Source: Glaucostegus cemiculus
Lineage: Eukaryota
Assembly (NCBI GenBank): GCA_976551045.1
Contig: CDPCPM010000425.1
Coordinates: 1,116,001 to 1,180,000 of the forward strand
Direction of reading: 5' to 3'
DNA length: 64,000 bases
Numbering within the stretch: the stretch's first letter is position 1; the number at the start of each line of letters is the position of its first letter. Made by a program: the position numbers and the translations under genes. Of the stretch, positions 1-11,854 are shown in pieces. The notes beneath the pieces are model-generated. The model saw only the letters and a program-made list of their open reading frames with translations, ran no database searches and was not told the DNA's origin.

Positions 1-886
1 GCCAACAGAACAAAATTACGTGTTAGCTGCGATTAGCAGAGCCACGGCAGCTGGAAATACTTCCGAATATCTGGCAGGATGCCTTTGGCAGAGCAAGAAG
101 TATTGGATATACACAGTGAAGGGTGGGACCTCAGAAATTACTGGGGAACAGAGTAACTTCGTGGGCTTGTCCATTGGTCCCTGTAAACAGGAGCACAAGT
201 GGATAAGTACAGATGGGACAGGTGCCTTCATTCGCTTATATTTAAGAATCAAGAAGAGCACAAGAAATTATAGACACTGGAAAATAGAGCAAGAAGAAAA
301 ACTTCCAGAGAATAATTGCATCAGGATTTCATTCTGGACCTGTAACATCAAGCAGGATTCTGTCCCCACACATGCTTTTCCGATGGTTTATTTTCTCCAG
401 CAGTTCTTCTTTATGCTCCAAACAATAAAAATCTTAGAGGGACGGGTGTGAGCAGTCTGAGGTGGCGTCTGGAACATTCAGTGACACGGGCATGAATACT
501 CAGAGTGGGCGAGCGAATACCCAGGGGCAAAGGGTGGGATTATTCAGGGAGACACTGAGTCAGAGGCAGTGACAACTACACACAGACAGTCACACTTGCA
601 GATGCAGACAGGACTCTCCAAGACTTTTTCCAGAACACTCACTGAGAGAGTCCGGGCCACATGTGCAGACACTGGTGCACAAGCATTATAGGGCTTGCAT
701 GAAAAAAGAAAGTGGTAATCACACTGTCAGACTGGCACAAACACGGAAGCACGCAAGTGACAGCAGCGCACAGATACCGATGCACACACTGACATACAGA
801 AGCAAGTATTATCTGGAATGGTCACAGAGAGAGGCAGGATTAGCCACAGACTATGCACTTCCACAATCAAATCAAACACACACAAA

Positions 887-1436
887 CACAAGATCACAAG
901 ATCACAAGATAATGGAGCAGAACCAGGCCAGTCGGCCCATCGAGTCTGCTCCAAAGGGAAGGGAGGGTGGGGAAAAAGAGGATGAGAAAAAAAAAACTAT
1001 TTTAAGTCCAAATCCCTGCCTTATCTCCATATCCCTTGATACCTTGACCAATTAGATATCTATCTATTTCCTTCTTGAATATCCCCAATGATCTGGCTTC
1101 CACTGCTTTCTGTGGTAAGGAGTTCCACACGTTCACCACCCTCTGGCTAAAGAAATTCCTCCTTATCTCTGTTTTGAACCTGCTTCCTCTAATTCTAAGG
1201 TTGTGTCCTCTAGTCCTGGATTCCCCCACCAAGGGAAACAGCTTGACCACATTCACTTTGTCCATTCCTTTCAACTTCTTGTACGTTTCTATTAGGTCCC
1301 CTCTCATTCTTCTGTACTCCAACGAGTACAGTCCAAGTGACGACAGTCGCTCATCATATGTAAACTTTTTCATCCCAGGAATCATCCTAGTAAATCTCCT
1401 CTGAACCCTCTCCAACAACAGCAGATCCTTCCTGAG

Positions 1437-1440
<4 letters not shown>
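887..1440 (-). mobile_element. CR1-clade LINE, 3' end (ORF2 C-terminus, 3' UTR and ATCTTGTG tail repeats)
   Basis: Uninterrupted translation LERVQRRFTRMIPG...RRMRGDLIETYK...RNFFSQRVVNVWNSLP...GIKGYG, typical of the CR1 ORF2 C-terminus; CACAAGAT x3 tail on the + strand; 5'-truncated at a (CA)n tract. Confidence 0.95.
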
Positions 1441-1472
<32 letters not shown>

Positions 1473-1485
1473 GAAATCCACGAAC

Positions 1486-1620
1486 NNNNNNNNNNNNNNN
1501 NNNNNNNNNNNNNNNNNNNNNNNNNNNNNNNNNNNNNNNNNNNNNNNNNNNNNNNNNNNNNNNNNNNNNNNNNNNNNNNNNNNNNNNNNNNNNNNNNNNN
1601 NNNNNNNNNNNNNNNNNNNN
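1486..1620. other. Assembly gap (135 N)
   Basis: Run of N. Confidence 1.
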
Positions 1621-1639
1621 CATCTGTGATTGTTCCTGC

Positions 1640-3300
1640 CTCTGTCGAGGACGACTCCAACCACTGATGGTGATGAACCAAAACATAAAGGCACGGTAAC
1701 CCCCATACAGAGACTGACGTGGAACCATGCACATACGCAGAGTGAAAAGAGAGGCTTGCATTCTCACAGTCGAGGGGAACAAATTCACAAAAAAATTGAC
1801 TGGTTCACAGCCTGACAGGAAAAGCCACACAAGAGAGGCAGGCACACGTGCGTAGAGAGTGAAGTTAGTGCATGGTCTGAAAGAGTGGAACATAAACAGA
1901 AAAATAGAAACGTTTACAGAAGAGCATGTGCCCCCAGGTGAAGTGGGAGTATAATGCACCTACAGAGATTGGCACATAATCGTGAACACATAGGTATGCA
2001 AGAGTGAGAGAAAGTGAGAGAATGAATGATAGGGTGTTCCTGACAGAGAGAAAAGCAGGAACAGACAGAGAGAGGGACAGGTACACTCACAAACAGAGAA
2101 AGCCAGACACAGGGACAGAGACAGGTAGACAAAGGCAGAGACAACCAGACCACATTATGAACATGGGTAGGCCCAGGTAAAGTGTGATGCAGCACAAACA
2201 AGTTCAGGGGCAGGTGCACTGAATATCAGTGACTGTCACATTTAACAGCATGGTCAAACAAGAAGCATACGCAGGGACATTCAGACATTCAGAAACAACA
2301 GGAGATGCACACACAGTCACAAAAATACATACAGGCAGGAACACCACTGTATGGAGTCAGGGTTACGCAAGAATTGTGCGAGAACACTTTCAATTAGAGG
2401 CAGGTCCACACATATACAGATACTAACAAACTGACAGATGCAGTCACTCTCACCGATATGTGGGAACTCCAATTGAAAGGCAGACACAGTAACAGACAGA
2501 ATCAGACACACTCAGTGAGTACAGCTGCACTGAAGAGATGGGGCAGATACACGCTTAAACAAAGAGAGGGAGAAGTACACTCACAGACAGGAGCAAGTAC
2601 ACTCAGGTGCAAAGGGATATACAGTCACAGAGATTCAGGCAGGGAAAACAGCAGACACAGACACATAGAGAGGAAGGCATAAATATTTTCACAAGCAGCT
2701 GCACTCGTTCTGAGAGACTGCACACTTAACCTCAGGGTCAGTGAACACTGAAAGAAACGCTGACACTGTCAGCGAAGGGCAGCAGAGGAATTGTGCTTTG
2801 AGCTGATGCTCATTGGTACCACATTGACCAACGATGCACATTAGAAGAAGTAATTCAAGTATGAGTTTAAAAGGACAGGGAGATACTGAGAGACTGGAGA
2901 CGGGAATGTTTACGTTTGCATGACATAGCGACGTGCAGCCAATGGAAAAATAAATCCTGTATCCGGCAGAGAGAGAGCTGACGCAGACAGACGTGAAACC
3001 TATTTAATTAACAACGTGATTAAAGTTGTCTGCAGATACTTCTGAATTGCAATTCCTTGCAAAGAATTATTAAAACTCTTAGTTTTCAGCGCGGTCTGGC
3101 TTTCTGTGCAACATTTATTGAATTCACTGTTTCGCCTGGATGTTTGATTTCAGTCACTGACACTTGAACACTCAACTCCCTTTCTACATCAATATTTCCG
3201 AATGTATCACTCATTGAACAATATTCTGTCTTCCTGTTTTTCATCTCATAGAAGTAACTTCACACGTTATTCTCTGTCTGCCATATATCTGCCCACTCAA
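1640..3300 (-). repeat. Arm 1 of an old inverted duplication (partner ~11,855-13,540)
   Basis: Colinear reverse-complement matches, e.g. 3006-3034 vs 12148-12176 (28/29 identical) and the GTCAGTCTCTGTATGGGGGTTA block at ~1697-1718 vs ~13470. Confidence 0.85.
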
Positions 3301-3314
3301 ACAGACTGTGTAAT

Positions 3315-3950
3315 GGAGACACAAGAGACACAAGAGACTGCAGCTGCTTGAATTTGGGGCAACAAACAATCTTCTCGGAGAACTCAATGGATTGAGCAGC
3401 ATCTGTGGGAAGGAAGAAACTGTCGACGTTCCGTGTCGAAACCTTGCATCAGGACTGAGACTGGAATGTGAGATGGCCGGTGCATAGGGGAGAAGGGGAA
3501 TGGTGAGAAAGGATTCCGGAGTGACTGGTGGACTGAGGAGGCGGGGTAAGGTGAAAGACAGGTGATGGCAGGTAGGGGAGGTGAGCTGGGGTGGATTCGG
3601 GAAACAATGGCAGGTGAATCAAGTATATAAGGGCAGCAACAGAGAGAGAGAGAGAGGAAAAAAGTAAATCAAGAAGGTGGGGGCCGACGGTGAAGGTTGG
3701 AGACCGCTGCTGGAGGGAGATAAGCAGGAACACGATGAGCTTCCAAGGCTGGATTCGGATAAATAAATTGGTGAGAAATGGAACTATGAGGGAAGAGGTT
3801 AACGGCAGCTGGAACCTGATAGAGGGGAGGATCTGCGTGTGACGTGGGTGATGGAATCGTGGGGGCGAAAAGAAGAAGTGGGCTGCGTTGTGAAGGAAAG
3901 GGGCAAAATTGTGAGAGTCGGGGGAGGATCAGAAGGTCGGGGGGGATTTT
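3315..3950 (-). mobile_element. Penelope-like element 3' end / terminal-repeat remnant
   Basis: ACACAAGAGACTGCAG...AACTCAATGG...CAGCATCTGTGG...GTCGACGTT...CATCAGG, resembling elasmobranch PLE ends, followed by a purine-rich UTR; degenerate CTGATG...GAAAC hammerhead-like core on the minus strand. Confidence 0.6.
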
Positions 3951-4019
3951 AAATGCCGTTCCCGTGGCTGTTTAGAATATTGTCTGAACTGTTGAATGAC
4001 TTTCACTGCAAGATACATC

Positions 4020-4480
4020 TGAATCCACCCTCCATCACAAACACTGGCATTGATTCGGTTAATTCCTTGGTATCTTAAATGAGAGACCTGAGTTAAACCT
4101 GAAACAGTTGCCCGGGTTCATGCAAGAAGAAGGCGGATGCTCAGTTAAAGATTGTGCCCTGACCTGTACAAGCTGGAATGAGAAGTATTGAGTTCAGCTG
4201 CTGCCTGGTTGATTATGGTCTGAAATATGTGAAAGTGATGAGCAAAAACAGGTTAAGCACGGTAATTAAAGAGCTGCCTTTGGAGAGATGAAGCTCAAAA
4301 CAACGCCCACATCTGGATGGAGCAAAGCCCAACAGAAGCTGCAAATCTGAACATGAGCACAGAAAATGCTGGAAATAGTTTGCAGATGAGGCATTTTCAG
4401 GGCCGATATAAAGATAACTGAGGTATTTGACATTCGGCTCCAGAATCATTCCCCGGTCATCACCAACAGTTCTCACGTCT
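4020..4480 (+). repeat. Copy 1 of a diverged direct duplication (partner ~7250-7690)
   Basis: Shared blocks AAAAACAGGTT.AGCA.GGTAATTAAAG, GCCTTTGGAGA, TGCAAATCTGAACA and GCTGGAAATAGTTTGCAG. Confidence 0.8.
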
Positions 4481-5199
4481 GTTGTTTAGGATTTCCCGGG
4501 ATTGAGCACTGGAACTTTCACCGCGAAATCTGAATGGTCAATCAATCCTGTCTCCCGCTCTGGTTTATTCTGCACTATTCCAGAGACTAACAGTGACCTG
4601 CAATACTGGGCAGTGTTTGAAGAAAGGACAGGATAAGTCAGGTTCATCAAATGACGCTGTTAGGGGATAACAATGAAGCGGACAGCTGGAGATACAATAA
4701 ACATAAAATAATGGGATGGAACAGAAATGCTCAGAGCATCAGGAAACATTTCTTGAGAGGGTAAATTTAAATAGTCAATGTTCTGCTTGATGCTTTTTCA
4801 ACGGACGTTCATTATTCTCGCATCACTGTTGATCCCAATATTCGACATATTTGATGCTGATTTACTCATATTGTCATTTTCTGAGATAACCAGTAAGCAA
4901 CCCTTACAACTGACGTTAGACCCTGGTGATCCTCCTCTGCGACCAGAGGGAATCTGTCTCTCTCTCTCTGGTCTGCTGACATTCAGCCACTAGATCTCCA
5001 CTCTCCTACCTCCGAGGGGCCAGTCTGAACGTCTGGGTGTGTCAGGCACTGTCAGCTTTTTCCACCAAATACCAGTTTTATTCGTGCAACATTTTGTTTT
5101 TTCTCTGGTCAAAACATCTGAACCCGATTGCAAGTGATTCATTTACCGACGACAAAATAGTTTGCAGCGCCGCCTAAACCGTTGGATGATTTTATCGAA

Positions 5200-7235
5200 A
5201 GACAGAGTCAGAGTGAGACAGCACGGAAACAGGTCCGTTGGTCCAACTGGTGCTTGGTAACCACAACATCCTGCCCGCAGGTCGGAGTTGGCCGCGCTCG
5301 GTCCATAACCCTCCAGCCCCTCCCCTCCATTTTCCTATCCAAGTGACTCTTAAAGTTTGCAACAGTACTCGCCTCGTCCACTTTATCTGCCAGCTCATTC
5401 CAGGTACTCCCTACCCTCTGTGTGAATATGTTCCCTCTCAGGTCTCATTTAAATCTCTCCCCTCGTAACTTATATCTGTGCCGTCCAGCTTTGGACTCAC
5501 CAGCCCCGCAGAAAAGTCGATGATCCTCCACCTTCTCCACACCCCTCATGATTTTGTAAATTTCCATGAGGTCTCCCCTCATTCTCGTGCGTTCAAAGGA
5601 ATAAAAATCCAGCGTGACCAACCTCTCCCCATAACTCAGGCCCTACAGTCCAGGTCGCATCCTCGTAAATCTCCACTGCACTGTCTCCAGCTTGACAATG
5701 TCTTTCCTATAACAGGATGACCAAAATTTACACAATACCCCAAGTCCGATCTCACCAACGACTTATATATCTGTAACATAATGTTCCTACTCCTGAACTC
5801 CATGCCCTGACAGATGGAGGCCAGCATGCTAGTCACCTTGTTGGTCGCCTATCTCTTTGTGCAGCCACTTTCAGTGAACTGTGCACTGTACTCCCAGGTC
5901 CTTCTGTTCCACAACACTCACAGTGCCACGGTATTCTCTGTGTAGGTCCTACTCTGGTTTGTATGTGAAAAATGCATCACCTCACACTGAACTAAGTTGA
6001 AATGTATTTGCAATTCCTCAGCCCCTCTCCCTGACTCGACTCAAGGTCTCTGCAATTCATTGTAACCTGCTTCCCTATCAACAAAGGTCCCTTGAATCAG
6101 TTTCATCAGTAAACTTGCTTATTCTTCTATGTACATTCATATCTAAATGAGTTAATTCATAATGAATAACAGAGTTCCCAAAATTGACCCTTGGGGACCC
6201 CCACTAGTCACAATCCCCTAGTCGCAGAATGGACCTTCAACCATCAGCCACTGCTCCCAATTCTGAATCTAACTCGTTAACTCCCCCTGAATCTCATGCA
6301 ACGTTACCTTACAGATGAGCCTACCCAGCGGGGCCTTGTCAAAGCCATTACTCAAGGCCATATAAACACATCCTCTGCCCTATCTTCATCTATTCCTTCA
6401 TTTAACTCTTCGATAAACTCCAGAAGATTTGTCAGAGATAAACTCCCCCGCACAAAACCATGCCGAGGATTCTTGATAAGGCCTTGACTATCCAACTGAT
6501 GGCAGATGTCCTCCATCACAATTCCCTGCAGTCACCACCCCACAACTGATATCAGGCTCACCGGCCTGTCGTTCCCTGCCTGTCCTTGCTACCCTTCCTG
6601 AACAATGGAACAACATTTGACACACCCAAGTCTTCCGGAAATTCATCAGTGGCTAATGGCGAAGCAACTATATCCACAGGGGACTCCGTGGTTTCTTCCC
6701 TGGCATCGTATAAGGACCAGGGATGCACCTGCTCAGGCTCTGGGGATTTGTTCTCTTTAAAGCACCTTAAAACTGCAAATACCTACTTTATCCTGATACG
6801 AATATGATCCAAGACCTCGCAATTTATTTCCTTCATTTCTTTGGTTTCCGTGATATTTTCCTCCGGAAAAAAAAACACAGAAGAGAGATAGATATTAAAA
6901 TTCTCAGCCATCTCCTGCTGCTCCACACATCGGCCGCCCTGATGCTCTTCAAGAAGACCGAGTCTCTCCCTAGTCACCATTTTACTGTCAGAATAAATGA
7001 AGAATCTCTTTGGATTTTCTTTATGCCTGCCTGCCAAATCAACCTCATACCGTCGTTTAGCCCTGATGAATTCTCTATTCAAGATTGTCAAAAACATTTT
7101 AATTTCATTAAGGGACTCGTTCGTACCCAACTGCTTAAACGTGAGGCATGCGTCCTTCATTTTCCTGACCAGAGCCTTAATATCTCTTCTCAGCCAGGTT
7201 TCCTTGAACTTGGCATATCTGCCCTTCATATCGGA
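5200..7235 (-). mobile_element. Degenerate CR1 LINE (ORF2 RT region to 3' end)
   Basis: Fragments KENPKRFFIY, QHGFVRGSLSLTNLLEF and MLQIYKSLVRSDLGYCV in shifting frames; CR1-type 3' end near 5200. Confidence 0.9.
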
Positions 7236-7249
7236 TCATGAAGTGTAGA

Positions 7250-7690
7250 CGCACCACCCTCCATTACCAGCAATGACATTTTTTCACTTCATTTCTCGGT
7301 GTATTAAGTGGAACTGGAATTTCTGTCCAGGTCAATATGAGGAAACGGCGGAAATTGGATGAAACGTTGTGTCCCCGCATGTTCAATCTGGAATGGGAAG
7401 TATTCAATGTAGCTGCCAGCCTGTTGATTATTATCTGAAAATCGTGCAAAATGCAAAAAACAGGTTTAGCAAGGTAATTAAAGTACAGCCTTTGGAGAAT
7501 TAAGATCAAACACCACCCAACTGCTTAGCACTCAAAGTGGGACAGATGATGCAAATCTGAACACGAGTAGTGAAAGCGCTGGAAATAGTTTGCAGTTGCG
7601 ACGTCTTTCATGGCAAGATAATCCGAATTCCGGAAGTTGCTTTTCAGTTCGGCGCTGATTCAACAGGTCACCATCAGCCAGCAATCACGG
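7250..7690 (+). repeat. Copy 2 of the diverged direct duplication (partner ~4020-4480)
   Basis: Colinear similarity to 4020-4480. Confidence 0.8.
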
Positions 7691-8914
7691 TTCACTGGAG
7701 ACCCAGCTCTTGATTTGCCAAATTCCCCCCTTGTGATAACTCCGGCTTCAAGGAACAACAAACCCACCAATGTTCCCTTGGTTAATGCAGAGGCGGCTGC
7801 TCTGCACTCCCATTCCAGTGTCATGGGGGAGGAGACGGCAGCTAGTCGATGGCCCAATTGACCTTCCTGTGAAAACTTGACAATATCAATGAGTTTGTGA
7901 GTGCTGGGTCTGAGCCACGGCAAACTTGTGGACTGGCTAACGTTGCCCCGATCGTATTGCTGGGCAGTAGGGTGGAAGTTGGCGGTGGGTCCCTGACACA
8001 TGATTATTGATGACCTGCTGTGTTGGGTTCAGGGGCGTGGCTGAAACACACCAGCCTGTTTCGTGGTTTACAGACCTTCCTCCTGCACCGAGCTACCAAA
8101 TGATCACATCCCACAAGGAGGAGGTGCCTTTCCGGAGGGTTACAACACAATCCTCCCCGTGTGGCTCAATAGAAAGGCAGCAAAGACAGCGGGGTTCACA
8201 CACAGAACATTTCTGCTCCAGCCTCCTGAACCGGACTCTTTGAGGAGCTCGGTCCAACACGATGAAGGCGCTAGCGATAATGATTGGATTTCAAGAGAAG
8301 AGGAAGAGGTACGTGCCTGCATGGCCGCTGTATGTATTTACGAACTGAAGCACTACTGTAAGATAATTTAAGTCTGGATTTTTGGCCTATTACATGAAAG
8401 AGTAGAGTCCACGCCTCCGGGAGGTAATAGCACTGAAGGAAGCCATTCTCCCCATTGCCCTCTGTCTGCTGCGCGGTCTCGCTGATATGATTCCGCCGCT
8501 TTACCCTCGAGCAATAACTTCCATTGCAGACCAATGACACATAACCTGGTAACTGTCTGGTAACCTGGTTGTGCCTGAAATCGAAGGCGAGGGGTGCGGT
8601 GGTGGGTGCAGGTGGAGGAGCTGGAGTAAGGGCAGCTGGAAAAAGATGCAGCCAGGAAAGTAGACGGGGCTGGAGGCGAGGGAAATAATGTACGCGGATG
8701 AGTTAGTGAGAGAGGGAATGTGATTGGCAGAGACAGGAGTAGAGGAGACAATTCTGTCCCACCCAACGACGCTCCCTGTTTCTCTTGTCGTCCCTTTTTT
8801 TGGTCCGCCTGTCCCCCTCTCTCACACACACTGCTCCCCTTTACAGTCCGTACTTCCGACAGCAAACGCTTCCTCACTTCTTAACTTGATCCGTTCCCTG
8901 CGTTCCTGCACACG

Positions 8915-8917
<3 letters not shown>

Positions 8918-8984
<67 letters not shown>
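8918..8984. repeat. Compound (CT)n(CA)n microsatellite in a pyrimidine-rich low-complexity tract
   Basis: Seen directly. Confidence 0.95.
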
Positions 8985-8986
<2 letters not shown>

Positions 8987-10495
8987 CTCATCCCTTGTCA
9001 CACCCAGTGATTCTGCCCTCCCTTGCGTTTGTTCCTCCAATACTTCCTTCCCCTCTTCCTGCCACTCGTTTCCTTCCCGCACTCTACCCGACTCCCTGTC
9101 GCAACCACACGCTAAAATTGATCAATGTCTGTCTGTATTCCCCTTCACTTCCCACCTTCTCAGCCTCACTCCTTCCCACAGGCACACTCTCCCTTCCCCC
9201 TCCCACCACCATGACTCCCCTCTCCCAATCTTCGCCTTTGCTCTCCCCAGTACCAGCTGCTCCCACTTCCCCGCTCTGATTCCACCCCCTCACCATTTCC
9301 CGTTATCGTCCTCCCTCGACGTTCCCCAACACTCTCCTTCCTCTCCGTCTCCACCAGTATACTTCCTATTCCCGCTCTGTCTCCTCTCTCGCCACACCTA
9401 CACTCTCCTGTTTTTCTTCTATACAACCCTCCTCACCACTCAACTTCTCTTCATTCTCCCACTTTAACAATTCTCTGTCCACTCTTCCCTCTTTCCTGCA
9501 CCTTCTTTCCTTTATCTGCTCTCAACACACCTGTTGTCTCACACTTCACCTTTGAAACCCTTCTCTCTGCCGACTAGCTGTCTGTCTCTCACCATTCTGT
9601 GCCGCTCTCTCTCTTTCTTCTTCCCTCTCTCCCTAGACAAACACACGTGTCCTTTTATACATGAACATTCCCCAGTCTATTACAACCTTAAGGCGGAAAT
9701 ATATAGCCTCACATTGCCCACACTGTTCTCTATCCGGCATGTTGATGCCCAGTGAGTCACTTTGTCTCTATCCGCTGGAAGGTCAACATTCCAGTCACTG
9801 CTCAAATTCTCACTCACTTTCATGTCCCTGATATCATATCTCTGGGATGGGTCATCCTATCTGTGGGAAATCCCTTTACCTGCCTTTCTCAATAGGAAGC
9901 TCGGAATCTCGGGTCGGGACGCGGCCATAAGCACACAATTGTTCATGTTCGTATCTGGTCCAGAGTCAGTTCCAGTAACAGCGATTGTCCCTGTTATTTG
10001 ATTTCTCCCTGAACCCCCGATATATATCGTACGATCCAATGACAAATGTTGGTTTTGCAATTTCATGCAGGCCCTTCATATTACGCCGAAGCGAGGAGAT
10101 TTGACGGCTCGAGGGTTGTGATACAACCCCGAGATTGGAGGAAGTTTCATCCACCTTTCTGGTCCGCTGTTGCAAAGCGAAGTAGTGAATAATACAAGGG
10201 AGGATTCCCTCCAGCTGGAACTGGAGAGAGTATCCGTTCGGAGACGACCACAGACGATGTCATCTCTCGTAACCCCTGACTCTTGTATTACCGCTGGTAA
10301 AATCATGGGCTACCCTGAGAAATAATTTTAAAAAAACTGCAATTACTGCAGCGTCACTTCTGGGTCTTGATTTTCTTTCGGGTCTCTGCGACTGCGTACA
10401 AAGGGTCCGGGGTTGGAATATTACATGCGACAATTATCCGGTTTAAGCATCCAACACGGCTCCATAACTGATGTATTAAATGGAAAGGGAATGGG

Positions 10496-10497
<2 letters not shown>

Positions 10498-10537
<40 letters not shown>
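10498..10537. repeat. (GA)n microsatellite
   Basis: Seen directly. Confidence 0.95.
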
Positions 10538-10539
<2 letters not shown>

Positions 10540-11127
10540 TAAGCAAGAGGAAGAGTCAGGCATTGAGAGAAGGAAAAAAAATACCGGGAAGGAAAATGAG
10601 AGGTAAAATAAAAGGACAGAGCGATAGGTTTGGGATGATTCTCAGTTGCTGTGCCCATGATCTCCTTTGGAAGTCGTGGGAACAATGCGCTCTCAAGAGG
10701 ATCTGGGTGATGAAGGAGTGGTGACGGGAAGGGATTTTAGTTTTAAGGTTCACGGTGTGTGTCAGTTAAAAGGATTTATTGGTTCTGCTGAAGATTGCAG
10801 GCACCTAGCAGTTGTTAACGAATGACACGGCATTCTGGTGTTCACGGCAGAATGGTTCATTGAGACGGGTCTCACGTCAGTGATGGGGAGCAGCGTCAAG
10901 GGAGGGGAGGAGTTTCAGTGAGTGGGTACTGAAGGGGAAGGACAAATTTCGTGGATCAGACAAGGATGTAGGAAATGGGAACATCAAGGCAAGGAATTGC
11001 AACGGAGGATATGAGGTAAAGAGAAACATGAAATGTAGAAAGAGTTGAGTGCGTTAATGCACTGAACGGCGAAGTGATTGAATGGAAGTAAAGAAAATCT
11101 ACAGTTAATGAGCCAGAGGAATGGCAT

Positions 11128-11237
11128 CTGCAATTCCCCATAATGCACCATGGCAGAGAAAGTACTTCGCAGATGAAGAGAGTGGTGGCACTTCCCTGCT
11201 GTGGGCGGAGCAAAGGAGGGACTCCCCTGTGACGTTA
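11128..11237 (+). promoter_or_regulatory. Candidate promoter-like motif cluster: ZNF143/Staf-like site, GC box, CRE-like site
   Basis: CTGCAATTCCCCATAATGCACC resembles ACTACAATTCCCAnnATGCA; GTGGGCGGAGC at ~11201; GTGACGTT at ~11229. Confidence 0.35.
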
Positions 11238-11854
11238 CCTTCAGATGTGGAAACCAGGAACAAACCCTGCACATGACCCTGGTGCACCTCCTCTCACGGA
11301 ACCAAATCTAGTTGGGGAGCGCGTTGAATCAGTTGCCGCAGTATGAGTGTGGCAAATGCCCCCCACCTTTTGCGCCAAAACCCCGCAGGTAATCTCAGCA
11401 ACAACGTCTTCTGCACCCGACTCCAGCCGCAAGCACAGAATTTATGTGCTGAAAGATTACATTCAAAGGGGCAACTTCTGAAGACGACGCAAATCTTTTT
11501 TTTTCAATTTTTCAATCTTTTTAATAGTTTCCAAATTGATACAGATATATAATAAATATATAACATCGAGGTTTGTACATTGAATACAAAGAGATCAGGA
11601 GAACAATCATGGGATAGATAATCAGAAAAAAACCAATAAAATATAACAAATCTGTAGATCCAACGATCTCAGAAATTAAATAGAATATAAAAGAAAGGAA
11701 AGAAAGCGATTTATTACGTATATAAAAGAAAAGAAAGAAAAAATATCCCCAAATCAATAAGGAAAAATAGAAATAATCTATCAAAACAAGAAAATCTGAG
11801 TGGGATCGTGGTTTTGAGGAGGATGCAATGAGGCTCCAACGCAATTCAAACAAT

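Noticed and set aside
20-451. 143-aa ORF at the window start
   Set aside because: No ATG start and no recognisable domain; could be another decayed exon but I cannot support it
1002-1959. Long ORFs of 116-234 aa spanning 1486-1620
   Set aside because: They read through the N gap; only the CR1 part is real
8724-9467. 247-aa Ser/Pro/Leu-rich ORF
   Set aside because: Pyrimidine-rich low-complexity DNA and microsatellite
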